The position numbers and the translations under genes are program-made. Of a DNA stretch of 64,000 bases, positions 52,340-64,000 are shown piece by piece. Each line of letters opens with the position of its first letter. The first letter of the stretch is position 1. Under the pieces are notes generated by a model. It saw only the letters and a program-made list of their open reading frames with translations, made no database searches and was not told where the DNA came from. The DNA comes from Felis catus (taxonomy: Eukaryota): assembly GCF_018350175.1 (NCBI RefSeq), contig NC_058368.1, positions 151,840,001 through 151,904,000 of the forward strand. The letters are read 5' to 3'.

Positions 52340-53440
52340 GATGAAACATAGGAGCACCTATATGATCTTGAGTTACACAACAATTTCTTAGATACAACAC
52401 CAAAAATAACAATAAAGTAGACTGAAACAGTAAACTTTATCAAAATTAAAAATTTTGTCAAAAGACACCATTAAGAAAGTGGAAAGACAGCTCACAGAGT
52501 AAGAGAAAGCAAGCACAAACCATGTATTTTGTAAAGGACTTGTTTCCAGAATATATAAAGAATTTGGAACTCAATAATAAAAACACAAATGACCCAATAA
52601 AAAGGGGCAAAAGATTTGAACAGATATTTCTCCAAGAAGACATATGAATGGCTAACAAACACATAAAAAGATGTTCAACATCATTGGTCCTTAAAGAAAC
52701 AGAAGCCAAAATCACGTAAATAACCACTTCACACCAACTATGATGGCTATAATCAAAAAGCTGAATAACCAGTGTTGGCAAGGACATGGGGAAATTTGAA
52801 CCCTGTCTGCTAGTGATATGTAAAATTGTGCATTCACTTTGGAAAATAGTCTGAACTTCCGCAAAAGGTTATGTATAAATTTACCATGTAACACAGCAAT
52901 GTAATTCTGGGTAAATACTCAAGAGACCTAAAAACATATCCATGCAAACCTTATACACAAATGTTCACTGAAGCACTATTCATAAAAGCCAAAAGGTGGG
53001 GGAAAAACCCAAAATACTCATCAGTGGAGAGATGGATAGATGAAATGTGGGATTACCCCTACAAGGGAATATTCTTCAGCAGTAAAAATAAATGAAGTAC
53101 CAATACACGCTATAGCATGGATGAATCTCAAAAACATTATGAAAAATGACAGGAGGCAGTTACAAAATACTACATATTACATGACCTTTTTTTATAGGAA
53201 ATATGCAGGAAAGGCAAATCTATAGATATAGATGTGGATTACCAGTTGCCGAAGGCTAGGGCCAGGGCATGGGTGTAGACAAAGAATGACTACTAATAGG
53301 TACAAGGGAAGACAAAAATATTCCAAAATTAGATAAAGATGATTATTGCACAACTTTGTAAATACATTTAACATTATTGAATTGGACACTTGACATAGGT
53401 GAGCTTTATGTATATACATTATATCTCCATAGATGTTAAA
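52340..53440 (+). mobile_element. L1MB-like ORF2 end and 3' UTR
   Basis: TTTCTTAGATACAACACCAAAA; GGGCAAAAGATTTGAACAGATATTTCTCCAAGAAGA; GATGATTATTGCACAACTTTGTAAATA. Confidence 0.88.
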
Positions 53441-54096
53441 AATGAGAGCATTCATATCAAAAAGACCAATTAATGACAAGCTATACCAGTGAAAAAAGAT
53501 CCAAAAGTACACACAATATGAGGACACTTAAAATGTTAGGAGGATTAATAACTATCCATTTTAGATGAAAAAATAAATAGGTACAATCACCGCAGGTTTG
53601 CCACCACACAAACAGGATCAGATCAGAAGCAGACTTCTAATAAGTTGCTGGAATGTAATTAAGCAGTAGAGACCAAGTCCTACGGAAAGTTATTTGGCTG
53701 CGGAAATACACGTCCATAAAAAGGCAAGCAAGACAAAAAGCAAAACTCAGAAGTCTTCATACATGTGGAAACGGACAGTTTATCATCCATTTAGTCTATG
53801 AGAAATATATTCCATAATTACTCATTGGCCTTATCTAACCCTACAATCCCAAAAGCCCCAATGAAATACTACTAATGCTATCACTCCAACATGATCATGG
53901 GAAATAGCTCAGTTTTTTTTTTTTTTGCATTTGTTATCTACATTCTCCCACATATTAAATAAATAAGCTATACTGTAATTAATTAATGGCATAAAATGCC
54001 AAATATATCTCCTCTTTTATTTAACCTTAAATCTACAACTAGTTATTTTTTTGCTCATGACTAGTCCTATGTATGGACAAACACAGTCTTCATAGT

Positions 54097-54236
<140 letters not shown>

Positions 54237-54448
54237 GAAGGAGAGAGAGAGGAGAGGAGAGTGAGCAAGTGAGCATACATGCACGCAAGCTGGGGAGGGG
54301 CAGAGGGAGAAGGAGAGAGAGAGAATCTAAAGCAGGCTCCATGCCCAGCATGGGGCCCAATGTGGGGCTTGATCCCACAACTGCAGGATCATGACGTGAA
54401 CTGAAATCAAAGCCGGACACTCAACTGACTGAGCCACCCAGGTGCCCC
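54237..54448 (-). mobile_element. Can-SINE
   Basis: GAGAATCTAAAGCAGGCTCCATG..ACTGACTGAGCCACCCAGGTGCCCC. Confidence 0.96.
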
Positions 54449-57400
54449 TTCATAGTTTTTTAAGGAGTATTTTGATTCAGAAAAAGAAAAAAGACCTGTA
54501 AAAAAAAAATAAGTATTAATCTAAAGATTAAATCTGTGAACTGTTGCCTGTGCTGTTGCCTTTGTGCTTTTAGAAATCTTCTTAAGAAAAGCCCCTGACA
54601 TTTCGGCTTTCACTCCCCTGGGTCAGTCAGCAAGGTGAGCAGCAGCATGCCTCTCTGCTAGGTTGTTTAGTTCAGCAGGTCTACTCCCGCTCATTCCAGG
54701 AGTGAACGAAATATCAAAAATCTTGTTGGACAGAACACATTTCAGTGGTCTCATCCTGTCTCTTTCAGTCTGTGGGCCTGAGATTCTTTGCATTTTGCCT
54801 AGTTTTCGACACACCCTACTCTCATCCTGCCAGCGCCTTCCTAAAGACAGACTGCACTCTGTTAGTACATACAGGCTCCACTGTTGGCTGAAAGTCTCAG
54901 CCTACTTGAATTTTAATAAAGATTCATATGCAGTTGTTATGAAACAAACACCATAATGACACCCAGACAGGCTATAGAATTATTTTTAGGGAAATGATGT
55001 GTGTGGCCCATGCCTCAGGCACACCAAATGATAATAATAGTAACACTATGCAGTAAGCAAAGAGAACATTTTTCATAAAAATTGCATAAATCATAAAACA
55101 TTGTCTACCATCCTTCCACTTCCTGCTCTCCTTCCTCCCTCTACCCCTCTTCCTTTCCCACCATCAGGAGTTGCAGGACTTAAGAATCCAATAACAATCT
55201 AAGGAAAAATGAGTCCATAACTTTCAGTATTCATTAGAGAAAGATGAGGATGGCCTTGCATACCGTGGTTTTAAAAACTAAAATCAGATCTGTCTTTTTA
55301 AAACAGGGTCAAAAATGACTTATTCCGTATTTGACATCTTTCTTCATATATATAAGTTAACATGCAGTAGCAGCATGGGATTCAAATTAACGTACTTCAG
55401 AAAAGAGCCATCAAGCTGAAAACACTTAGAGGGAAAGGACCACTCTCAGAAACCTAAGAAACATTTCTATCATAAGGAAAATAAAGAAGTTCTTTATGAA
55501 AAATGCTATGTTTTGGCTATTGATAAATTTAGAATGCCAACACTGCTTCCAAATCTTAGAAGTCAGAGAGCCCAAATTTTGGTTTCATCTAGTAGTTAAA
55601 GAAGCTCTTTTTTTTTCTTAAGCTCGCTATTTGCTCTTCCATGTACTGTTGAGAACTGCAAGATTGGCTAAATATGGAAACCATTTAGAGGAATCTTATT
55701 AAAAATCCAACTTCCTAAAATTGAACCTTAAGTGAACTCCAGCATCAGAGGAAACCAGCAAAGTGAGACGAATATTTAGCTCAAGACAGAATACCAAGGA
55801 GGTTATAGTATAAAGATTCGAGATAAGAAACATTTTAAATCTGTACATTTAATTTGCTACATTTTTGTTAAAACACACACACACACAACTACATCTGAGA
55901 GAGGACAGGTGGTGTGACAGATCCAGGTACATCTGGATCAAAGTTCTGGCTCAGCCCCTCATGGATGCCTCTCCTTGGGAGACTTTCCTTTCTCTCCCTG
56001 TTGCCCTAGCTATGAAAAATAGTAAGCAAATAAGGAGGAAAACAGTAGGGGTTTTCCTAACTAGAAACTAAGAGAGAAAAACAAAGAAGGGAGCTATAAT
56101 AAAACTATTTCAACTGAGACTTTGTTTCTTTAAACACATTGTATTGATGTCAATATTTGGTTTCATATATTCAATTTTGTTTTCTCGTCTCTTTTCAATT
56201 TTTGATTCCTCAGTACTCCTGTTTTATTTTTTATCCTTGCTTGTATTTTTTTGTATTTTTTCATGGATTTCTTGTTGTTTTATGCCTATTTCCAAGTATT
56301 TAATTTCCTATCTATGCTCAGTTACTCTCACTTATATTTAGTAATAAAAAAGAAGAGTATCGGATTTCTCCTCTCTCTGTATCAGCCAAAGGCTCATACT
56401 ATCCTAACTTAAAATTCTCTCTCAAAAAGCATAAAAGGGTGATTTCCTGAGAAACATATACATTGTAAGCTTTGTCAGACCCACCAGAGGAATGGAGAAA
56501 GTAAATACGTACGCTGCATCCTTTTCCTAATTCCAGCTGCTGACCCAGGATCCCACAAACTTTTAGGGTTACTAGAACTTACTGTGATCCAGATCACCTT
56601 CACTCCTCTACCTTAGAAGGTGGAGTTCTCTGTCAATTGCTCCACTGTGTCTTAAAGCAACTTTAATATTAAGCTATTATGTTTAAGCTTTCAAACTGGG
56701 GAAATGGCCTCAATATTATAGGGATGGCAGGAAAATATTGATCTCTAAATGTCTGAAATTCATTTGGATAAAGCTGAATGACATTCACTCTATAAAAAGT
56801 ACACACCAACACTTGTATCCCAGCACATGTGACTGTATTCTGAAAGATCATCTGCTGGTATGAACCTTCCTTCTGATTCCAGGACAAGACAACCTGAGTT
56901 CAGTGGTGTTGGCTACTTTCTTTTGATATTCACATGCAAAGGCAGAACCACTCCCTATGCTTAGCTTTACACAAATATATAAAGTCTAAATGGAAACAAG
57001 TACATTAAACAATAAAAAATGTTAACAAATTAAAAATATTGAATAGCTGAGACAAAAATCCCCTGGCTAGTTATGAGTTTAATTAAATCAGTAAAGATAA
57101 AAATTCTTTTGCCAACCATTGCCCACCAGGTGCGTGCTTTGCTCCACTTGATTTGAAGGTGCACCTGTTTAATATTTTTAATAGGACTTGGTATATAATA
57201 TTTTGGGTTTCAATGCTCTTTTAAGTCTTCCTCAGTAGACTTCAACGCTTTTGATAAAGGGGTTAGGTTTTGCTTCTGTGTCTGAGAACCTAGTCTAGTG
57301 ACTACAAAGTAGGAATAGCAGGGTAGTTGATATAATAACTACCACTTTTGGGGATCCTATAATGTGACACACATTTTGTCTATTATATATTTTATGTATC

Positions 57401-57467
57401 AGTCGCTCCTTATTGCAACCCCACAAGTATGAGTGTCCCCATTTTTCATATAAAAAGTCTCATGGAT

Positions 57468-57662
57468 GGGTACCTGGATGGCTCAGTCAGTTAAGCACCT
57501 GACTCTTGATTTCGGCTCAGGTCATTTCACAGTTTGCGGGATCAAATCCTGTGTTGGGCTCTGTGCTGACAGAGCAGAGCAGGCTTCAGATTCTCTCTCT
57601 CTCCCTCTCTCACTGCCCCTTCTACTCTCTCTCTCTTGAAATAAACAAGCTTAAAAAATTAA
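57468..57662 (+). mobile_element. Can-SINE inserted in a MIR (about 57330-57750, minus strand)
   Basis: GGGTACCTGGATGGCTCAGTCAGTTAAGC; TSD ATAAAAAGT(C/T)TC(A/G)TGGA. Confidence 0.94.
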
Positions 57663-57825
57663 ATAAAAAGTTTCGTGGAGTTTAACCGGCCCCCTCATCT
57701 ACACATAGCTTACAAAGTGATATTTTAAGGTCAAATTTATCACTAAATAATGAGCATTGATTTTTTATTAAAAGAATGAATGAGTATATAAATATAAGAT
57801 GCATACATATAAATACACTCTCATA

Positions 57826-57829
57826 CACA

Positions 57830-57878
<49 letters not shown>
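57826..57878 (+). repeat. (CA)n microsatellite
   Basis: Directly visible. Confidence 0.97.
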
Positions 57879-57883
<5 letters not shown>

Positions 57884-59719
57884 CTGATTCTCTTCTCTCC
57901 CTTATATGTAATTTCCGGACATGTATAAAGAGGTTTAAGTTGGAGGCAAGAAGAAATTGGATATCACCATATCTTTTTTTATTATGTGCTCAATGAGAAT
58001 GAAAACTTATTATGGAGTACAGGAGTATAGGTAGTTATGACTGGCTGAAATGAAAAAAGAAAAGACAAAACTACCTTGGCCCATATTCTACCCATAAAGG
58101 CTCCTGGTAAGGAGGAGAAAAAATTATGATCACTGAATTCAGACACGATTTGGGAGGAGGGGCTAATTATCAGATTCAAACTTGAAGGCAAACCATGAGA
58201 ATGGGTGTTCCTGCTGTTCCTGGAGAGGGGAGGAGAGGACACTGACTACCAAGGGAAATGCATCATCAGACAAATCTTTTCCTGTTATGTTAAAATCCAA
58301 GTCACAAGACTGAGTTTCATTGAGGCAACAATTCATTTAAGGAGATGAAATAAAACATCTCTAACCAAAAATACTACAATCTCTTGTGAAGAGGAGTGAT
58401 AATACTGCCCAAGACATTTGAAAAATATTTCCTCCTATCCTGGACACCTTCATTCAAGGAAATGCTTGTCAAATCATGGTTCCACGTCTGTTTTCTGTCC
58501 CATAATAATAATTTAAAAAAGCACATCTAGCAGTTTTTGGAAGATAACACTCATATGCCTTTTGGCTATGTTCTCCCATCCTAGACCTCTAAAAAAAACA
58601 ACAAAAAAACAAAACAAAAACCTACATTAGAAAGAAACAGAGAGTAGAAAGTAATTTCAAAGAATGGCATAACAGTCCTTCACCGAACCAGAAATTATAG
58701 ACCCTGAGGGGTCAAAACTAAGCCTTCTGTTTCTTCCTTCTTAGGACCAGCATTCTCAGCAGTTTTTATAGTTGGGTGCTAAATAAATTCCATAGTAGAA
58801 CATAAAAAGAATCCAAAAGGCCTGCAAGCATAAACAACTTTACAAGAGCTAAAGAAGTTATTTGGGGTTGCTTACCCTAAATTTCTGTTTGACGACTTCA
58901 GCTTTAAATAACAGTGGAGGAAAATATCTTCCACTCATTCAATGCAGCAAGACATAGTCTATATGCAAAGAATGGAAAGAGTAGCTTTAAGGATTTTGTG
59001 CTCTGCCTTAATCTCTCTATGTGCAGCCCACTGTTGACTGTACTTTTTAAAGAAAATGTCCTTTCCAAGTATTTTCCATTTTGAGCAAGACAAATGGTTC
59101 TACACTTCTACTTTCTTGCTTAAAGTAACTAATAAAGCTGAACAATACAATGTTCTATGGTGTAAATTCAGTAAAAAGCAGAGAAAAGTGAAGGAAATGA
59201 AAATTTACACCTCATATGTGAATCAAAAGGAAAAGAAGAATGTCATATCCAAGAGAAACAATGAACTGAAATCAATGTCTTAAATTTTAAATACAGTACT
59301 TTTTAAGTACCCAGGAACATAGTAGGTTTGTAATACCTGTCATTGCTTTTGAGATCTTTCTACAGGTGCATAATTTAATCATTCCACCTGAAGTGTCAGG
59401 CACATAAAGGTATTATTAGTTAAGAGTGAATAGTAGTTTAACTTGAAATAGGAGACTTGAATTTCGCTTTTAACTATTAAAAACAGATAAAAATTAAAGT
59501 GAATAATTTTATAGTTTTAAATAACCACATTTCTTGCTATTTTAACTTTAGCCAAGGAGATCTTCCAAAATGTATGACAACATTTATTTTGAGCTTTATT
59601 ATTAAGCTTTAACTTTTGTAGCAAGATAAGCGCAATACACCGCAGAGACTTTTAACCTTTGAAATTCCTGTTGAGAATCAATTTTAGAAACAGAGTTTGA
59701 AATCACTTTGGTAAATGCA

Positions 59720-60420
59720 TATTCAGTGATTATTACATGTCAAACATCATTAGGCATGTATAGAAAGATATGGCTAAGTCCCAGCTCCTACTCTCAATAA
59801 TCTTAAGGACCAATGGGTAAGACACACATATATAAATACATTATATACAATATGTTAAATGCTAAGGTAGGTATATGCATACAGTTCAGAAAGTAGATAA
59901 AGAGAATAATTCTGAATTGCAGAAGTTTCTGAAGGAGGTGACAGCTGAGCTGAATTCTAAAGAAAAGTCAACAGGGTAAACAAGAAATACAAGTTACTCC
60001 TAGCTAACTTAAGAGTGTATGCAAAGAATGAAGTATGGAACAGAATTATATAATTAAAAGATTAAACAACACAAATAACTTGAGAAGATGTAGAGGCAAA
60101 CAAAGTGAAGGATAACACTGTAAAAAAAAAAAATGTTAATTGTTCACTCAATACCACAATATAGTATAGTGACTAAGAACTAGGGCTCTGAGGAAGACTG
60201 CCTGGACTTGAATTGTGACTCAATATTTACACAGTACGTGGCCTTGAGAGGTCACCTTAATGCTCTATGGCACTGTTTTCCCATGTGTATAATAGGATTA
60301 ATAATAGTACCTAATCTGTAGGATTGCTACAGATTAAGTTAGGGGAATAAGTTAGGTAACATATAGAGCACTTAGAACATTACCTGTTCTATCAAAAGAA
60401 CTCCAACAATATTAACTGTT
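59720..60420. mobile_element. L2 remnant (minus) followed by MIR (plus, about 60160-60420)
   Basis: GAAGGAGGTGACAGCTGAGCTGAATTCTAAAG (L2); GGCTCTGAGGAAGACTGCCTGG..ATAATAGTACCTA..AGCACTTAGAACA (MIR). Confidence 0.65.
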
Positions 60421-60487
60421 GCTATGACATGACACCCTATTGACTACTGTGAATATTACCCATCAATTGTAAAATATATGCTTTTAG

Positions 60488-60556
60488 TAATAAAATAAAT
60501 AAAATAAATTAAAATAATAAATAAATAATAAAAAAATAAAATAAAATAAAATAAAA
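60488..60556 (+). repeat. (TAAAA)n A-rich repeat
   Basis: Directly visible. Confidence 0.9.
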
Positions 60557-61299
60557 ACAACATTATATCAATTACTTTTTAAGACATTAAAGGAACATCC
60601 ATTTAGGAAGTACAAGTAATAATTCCCACCCTAACAACTAGGACCAATTTTAAAAAGATAAAATATACACACACATACACACACACACACACAAACGTGT
60701 GTGTGTGTGATTAAAACTTCAGGAACTACTGTAGATAAAATGTCTAAAATAGCTAGCTTCCTTTCTAGAGAGGAAAGAGGTTTCTTTTAGCCAATACTAG
60801 CGCTATTTCACTCTCTGTGAGCATTAGCCACTTTTGAGAATAAATGGGCAAGAAATGGGTCAGTCATGCATTAAAGAACTTTGATGTAGTAGCAGGAACT
60901 ACAGAATTTTTAATAGTTGCATGAGCTGGCATAAAAGATTAGAATCTACTATATTCCCATAGTCAGTGCTGATTCTTCTGTCCAGGTAGTGCTTCCCCAA
61001 AGGAATCTGGTTGAGAGTATGGCATTATTGGATGCTATGAGCTAGTCTAAATATCAGAGTGAAATCTCTCCATATTGCAGTGCTTCAATCCTAAATTTCT
61101 TGTAAAGGGTGACTATAATCACTCAGAATAGATCTCATACTTAAGACATTTGAAATTGGAGATAAAATGAAACTCAAGCTGCAACCCAGATGCAACCCAC
61201 CTGAATTCCTATTTGGATCAAAATAATCAACTCTGTACCCTCGCTGCCTGACAGAAAAAGGGATGTGCCCTCTCAGAGAAAAATTATTTTTACACCAAA

Positions 61300-62190
61300 T
61301 ATTTTGGTTCATTTAAATATGCAATCATGCATATGCAAAAATGACAATAAATGAAAGAAATAGAAAAATAAATTGGTAGAAGCAGACCCATAAATAAATT
61401 AAATATTGCAGTTAGCCGATTACAGACTAAAATTACCATCACAGGGGTGCCTGAGTGGCTCAGTTGCTTAAGCTTACAACCGTTGATTTCAGCTCAGTTC
61501 ATGATCTTACTGTTCATGATATCAAGCCTCACATTGGGCTCTGTGCTGACAGTGCAGAGCCTGCTTGGGATTCTACTACTGTAAATTATATACTTAATTT
61601 AAAAATGACTATAGGGGTGTCTGGGTGGCTCAGATGGTTAAGTGTACAATCGCATAGTTCGTGAGTTTGAACACTGCATTTGGCTGTGTGCTGACAGCTC
61701 AGAGCCTGGAGCCTTCTTCTAATTCTGTTTCCCTTTCTCTATCCCTCCCACACCCACTCTCTGTCTCTCTCTCTGTCTCTCTCTCTCTCTGCCACTCCCT
61801 CATTTGTAGATGTGTGCTCACTCTCCCCCCCATAAATATATACATTTAAAAAAATAAAATTACCATCATAAACATGTTAAAGAAATGAGAAGACAGACAA
61901 AATAAGGAAAAATCCATGTCAATAGAAAAATGCAATCTCTAAATATCAAAGTTAACATTCTAGAAAGAAAATTTTCAAAAATAAAAGTTTATTGGATATG
62001 GAGCTTAATTTCAAACTAAATACAGAAGGAAGGTCAATGAATTTTAAAATCGATCAATAGAAATTACCCAAATTGAAGCACATAGAGAAAAAAAACTAAA
62101 AATTCTAAGAACAGTTCATAAAGGACATGTAGGACAAGAAAGCACTTGTGTAACCAGAGCCCCAAAAGAAGAGAAGTATTTTTTAAAAAA
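61300..62190 (+). mobile_element. Old L1M ORF1-region remnant interrupted by a composite SINE
   Basis: GATCAATAGAAATTACCCAAATTGAAGCACATAGAGAAAA; GAGCCCCAAAAGAAGAGA; A-rich. Confidence 0.6.
61444..61854 (+). mobile_element. Composite Can-SINE: one SINE interrupted by 39 bp of other DNA plus a second, tail-less SINE
   Basis: Two SINE heads (61444 and 61614), one A tail, one perfect 14-bp TSD TAAAATTACCATCA at 61428-61441 and 61855-61868. Confidence 0.9.
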
Positions 62191-62204
62191 TTAAAAAATC
62201 ATGT

Positions 62205-64000
62205 TAGGAAGACAGCAGAATATGAGGACCCTAAGCCTGCCTCTTCCCATGGACACAACTAGATAACATTCATGGTGGAAATATCCAGAAAATGACCCAA
62301 AGACTGGCAGAACAAACTGTACAACTAAAGATACAGAACAGGCCACATCAAAGAAGGGAGGAAGCACAGAGACGTGATCTGGCACTGACTGAGACCATGG
62401 CCAGCCTCGGTCAAAAGGGGAGCTAGTGGTGCCAAGAAGGGCAAGAAACACACTATCACACCAGGAAGCCCACAAGGGGAAGACAAATCCTCATAATATT
62501 TTCCTTCACAAATGAGTAGGGACAAATTTCCTGAATTCTTACAACCAGTGGGATTTAAAGCCTGGAATATTAAAAATCAGGCTTGGTTCATGCAGATACA
62601 ATGCGGAACAAGCAGTTTTACTAAAACAGTGGGAGCAGATGGGGGAGGAGAGTGATTTGTTCATCTCAGCGTATGGCCCAGAGAGACAGCTATCACAAGA
62701 CCCCTTCAAAAACAAAGGAGCTGACAAGCAGCACTTCCCTTCTCCTATAATAAACAATGGTCACCTGTGTGAAGACCACAGCAGGGAGTCTACACTACCT
62801 ACCTTGCTTTCACTAAACCCCAACTTCTCATGCTTTGGTGGACCCTGTCCTTCCCAGTCCCACTAGTTTCTGTCCCAGTGCTGCAGCATGCCTCCCCCCA
62901 GAAGACTGGCACAAAAGCCACCAACACCACATTTCTAACCTGTGGGTTTTGAGGGGCCTTGGTTCTGGTAGTGTTGGCAGCAAGTCTCATTTTGCAAGCA
63001 GACCAGCACATCCCTTGTTAAAACACACTCCACCCCAACCAGCAACAAACAAGGCTCACAAGAGGCAAAGAGAACCTCTGCAGACAACTGAAGGAAAAGC
63101 ATCCAGGACCCAACATCAGGGCATAGGCAACACACAGAGGAGACACTCCCTGAAGAGCCAGATCTTGGGGAACAGAAGACACTCCACCGCAGGGCATTAA
63201 AGAACATCTTCGTCATAAAAACAATACCTTCAAGAGCAGGAGAGGTAGCTGACCTTCCTAATATACAGAAACAGACAGAATCAGAGGAACATGTCCCAAA
63301 TGAAAGAACAGAACAGAACTTACTGGACTTGAGAAAGGAATGGAGGACATCAGTATGCGACGCTTAATAAAGAGATGAAAAAGAACCATTCAGCAATGAA
63401 AAACACAGTAAAAAATTACAAACACACTTGATGGAATAAACAGTAGGCCAGAGGAAGCAGAGGAATGAATTAATGATCTGGGAGACAGAGTAATCGAAAG
63501 CAATAAAGTTGAGCAAGTGAGAGAAAAAACATTATGCAAATTGCGAGTAGACTTAGGGAACTCAGTGACTCTATCAAGTGTAATAACATTAACATTATAG
63601 GGATCCCAGAAGAAAGAGAGAGAAAAAGGGTCAGGAAATTCATTTGACAATATAATAGCTTAAAACTTCCCTTATCTGGACAAGGAAACAGAAATCCAGA
63701 TCCAGGATGCACAGAGATCCCCCAACAAAATCAACCCAAGGAGGTCCACACCAAAATGTATAGTAATTAAAATGGCAAACATTAGTGATAAAGGAAACAT
63801 TTTCAAAGCATCAAGAGAAAAGACACTTACATACAAAGGAAGCTCCACAAGGTTATCAGCTGATTTTTCATCAGAAACTTTGTAGGTCAGAAGGGAGTGT
63901 CATGATATATTCAAAGTGCTGGCAGGGAAAAATATGCAGCCAAGAATACTGTATCTAGCAAAGCTATTATTCAGCAGAGACTCACAGATAAAAATTTTCT
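62205..64000 (+). mobile_element. Carnivore L1 5' UTR and degenerate ORF1 (continues beyond the window)
   Basis: Translation from about 63.6 kb gives IIGIPEERE..NFPYLDKETEIQIQDAQRSPNKINPRRSTPK..RLSADFSSETL..QPRILY, which is L1 ORF1p with stops; upstream region is L1 5'-UTR-like. Confidence 0.92.

Overview
This is mammalian, non-coding, AT-rich genomic DNA from a felid. The evidence is about 17 tRNA-derived Can-SINE copies, including a very young SINEC_Fc-type copy, plus cat/carnivore-type L1 ends. Roughly half the window is interspersed repeat: Can-SINEs, L1 fragments of several ages, L2, MIR, MaLR/ERVL LTRs, hAT/Tigger MITEs and microsatellites. I see no intact protein-coding gene, RNA gene, CpG island or CRISPR array. 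All listed ORFs are explained by L1/SINE remnants, simple repeats or chance. The window probably lies in a long intron or 5'-UTR region of a minus-strand gene that I cannot name: there is a well-formed minus-strand exon candidate at 36676-36819, weaker ones near 1547-1714 and 315-674, and most L1s lie on the + strand. The most notable observations are retrotransposon junctions: a young L1 with a twin-priming 5' inversion, a SINE interrupted by an apparently captured fragment from another locus, a SINE dimer inside one TSD, and microsatellites grown from SINE tails. I found no support for a previously undescribed biological system. Repeat subfamily names come from recalled consensus sequences and need RepeatMasker/Dfam confirmation; boundaries of old repeats are approximate.
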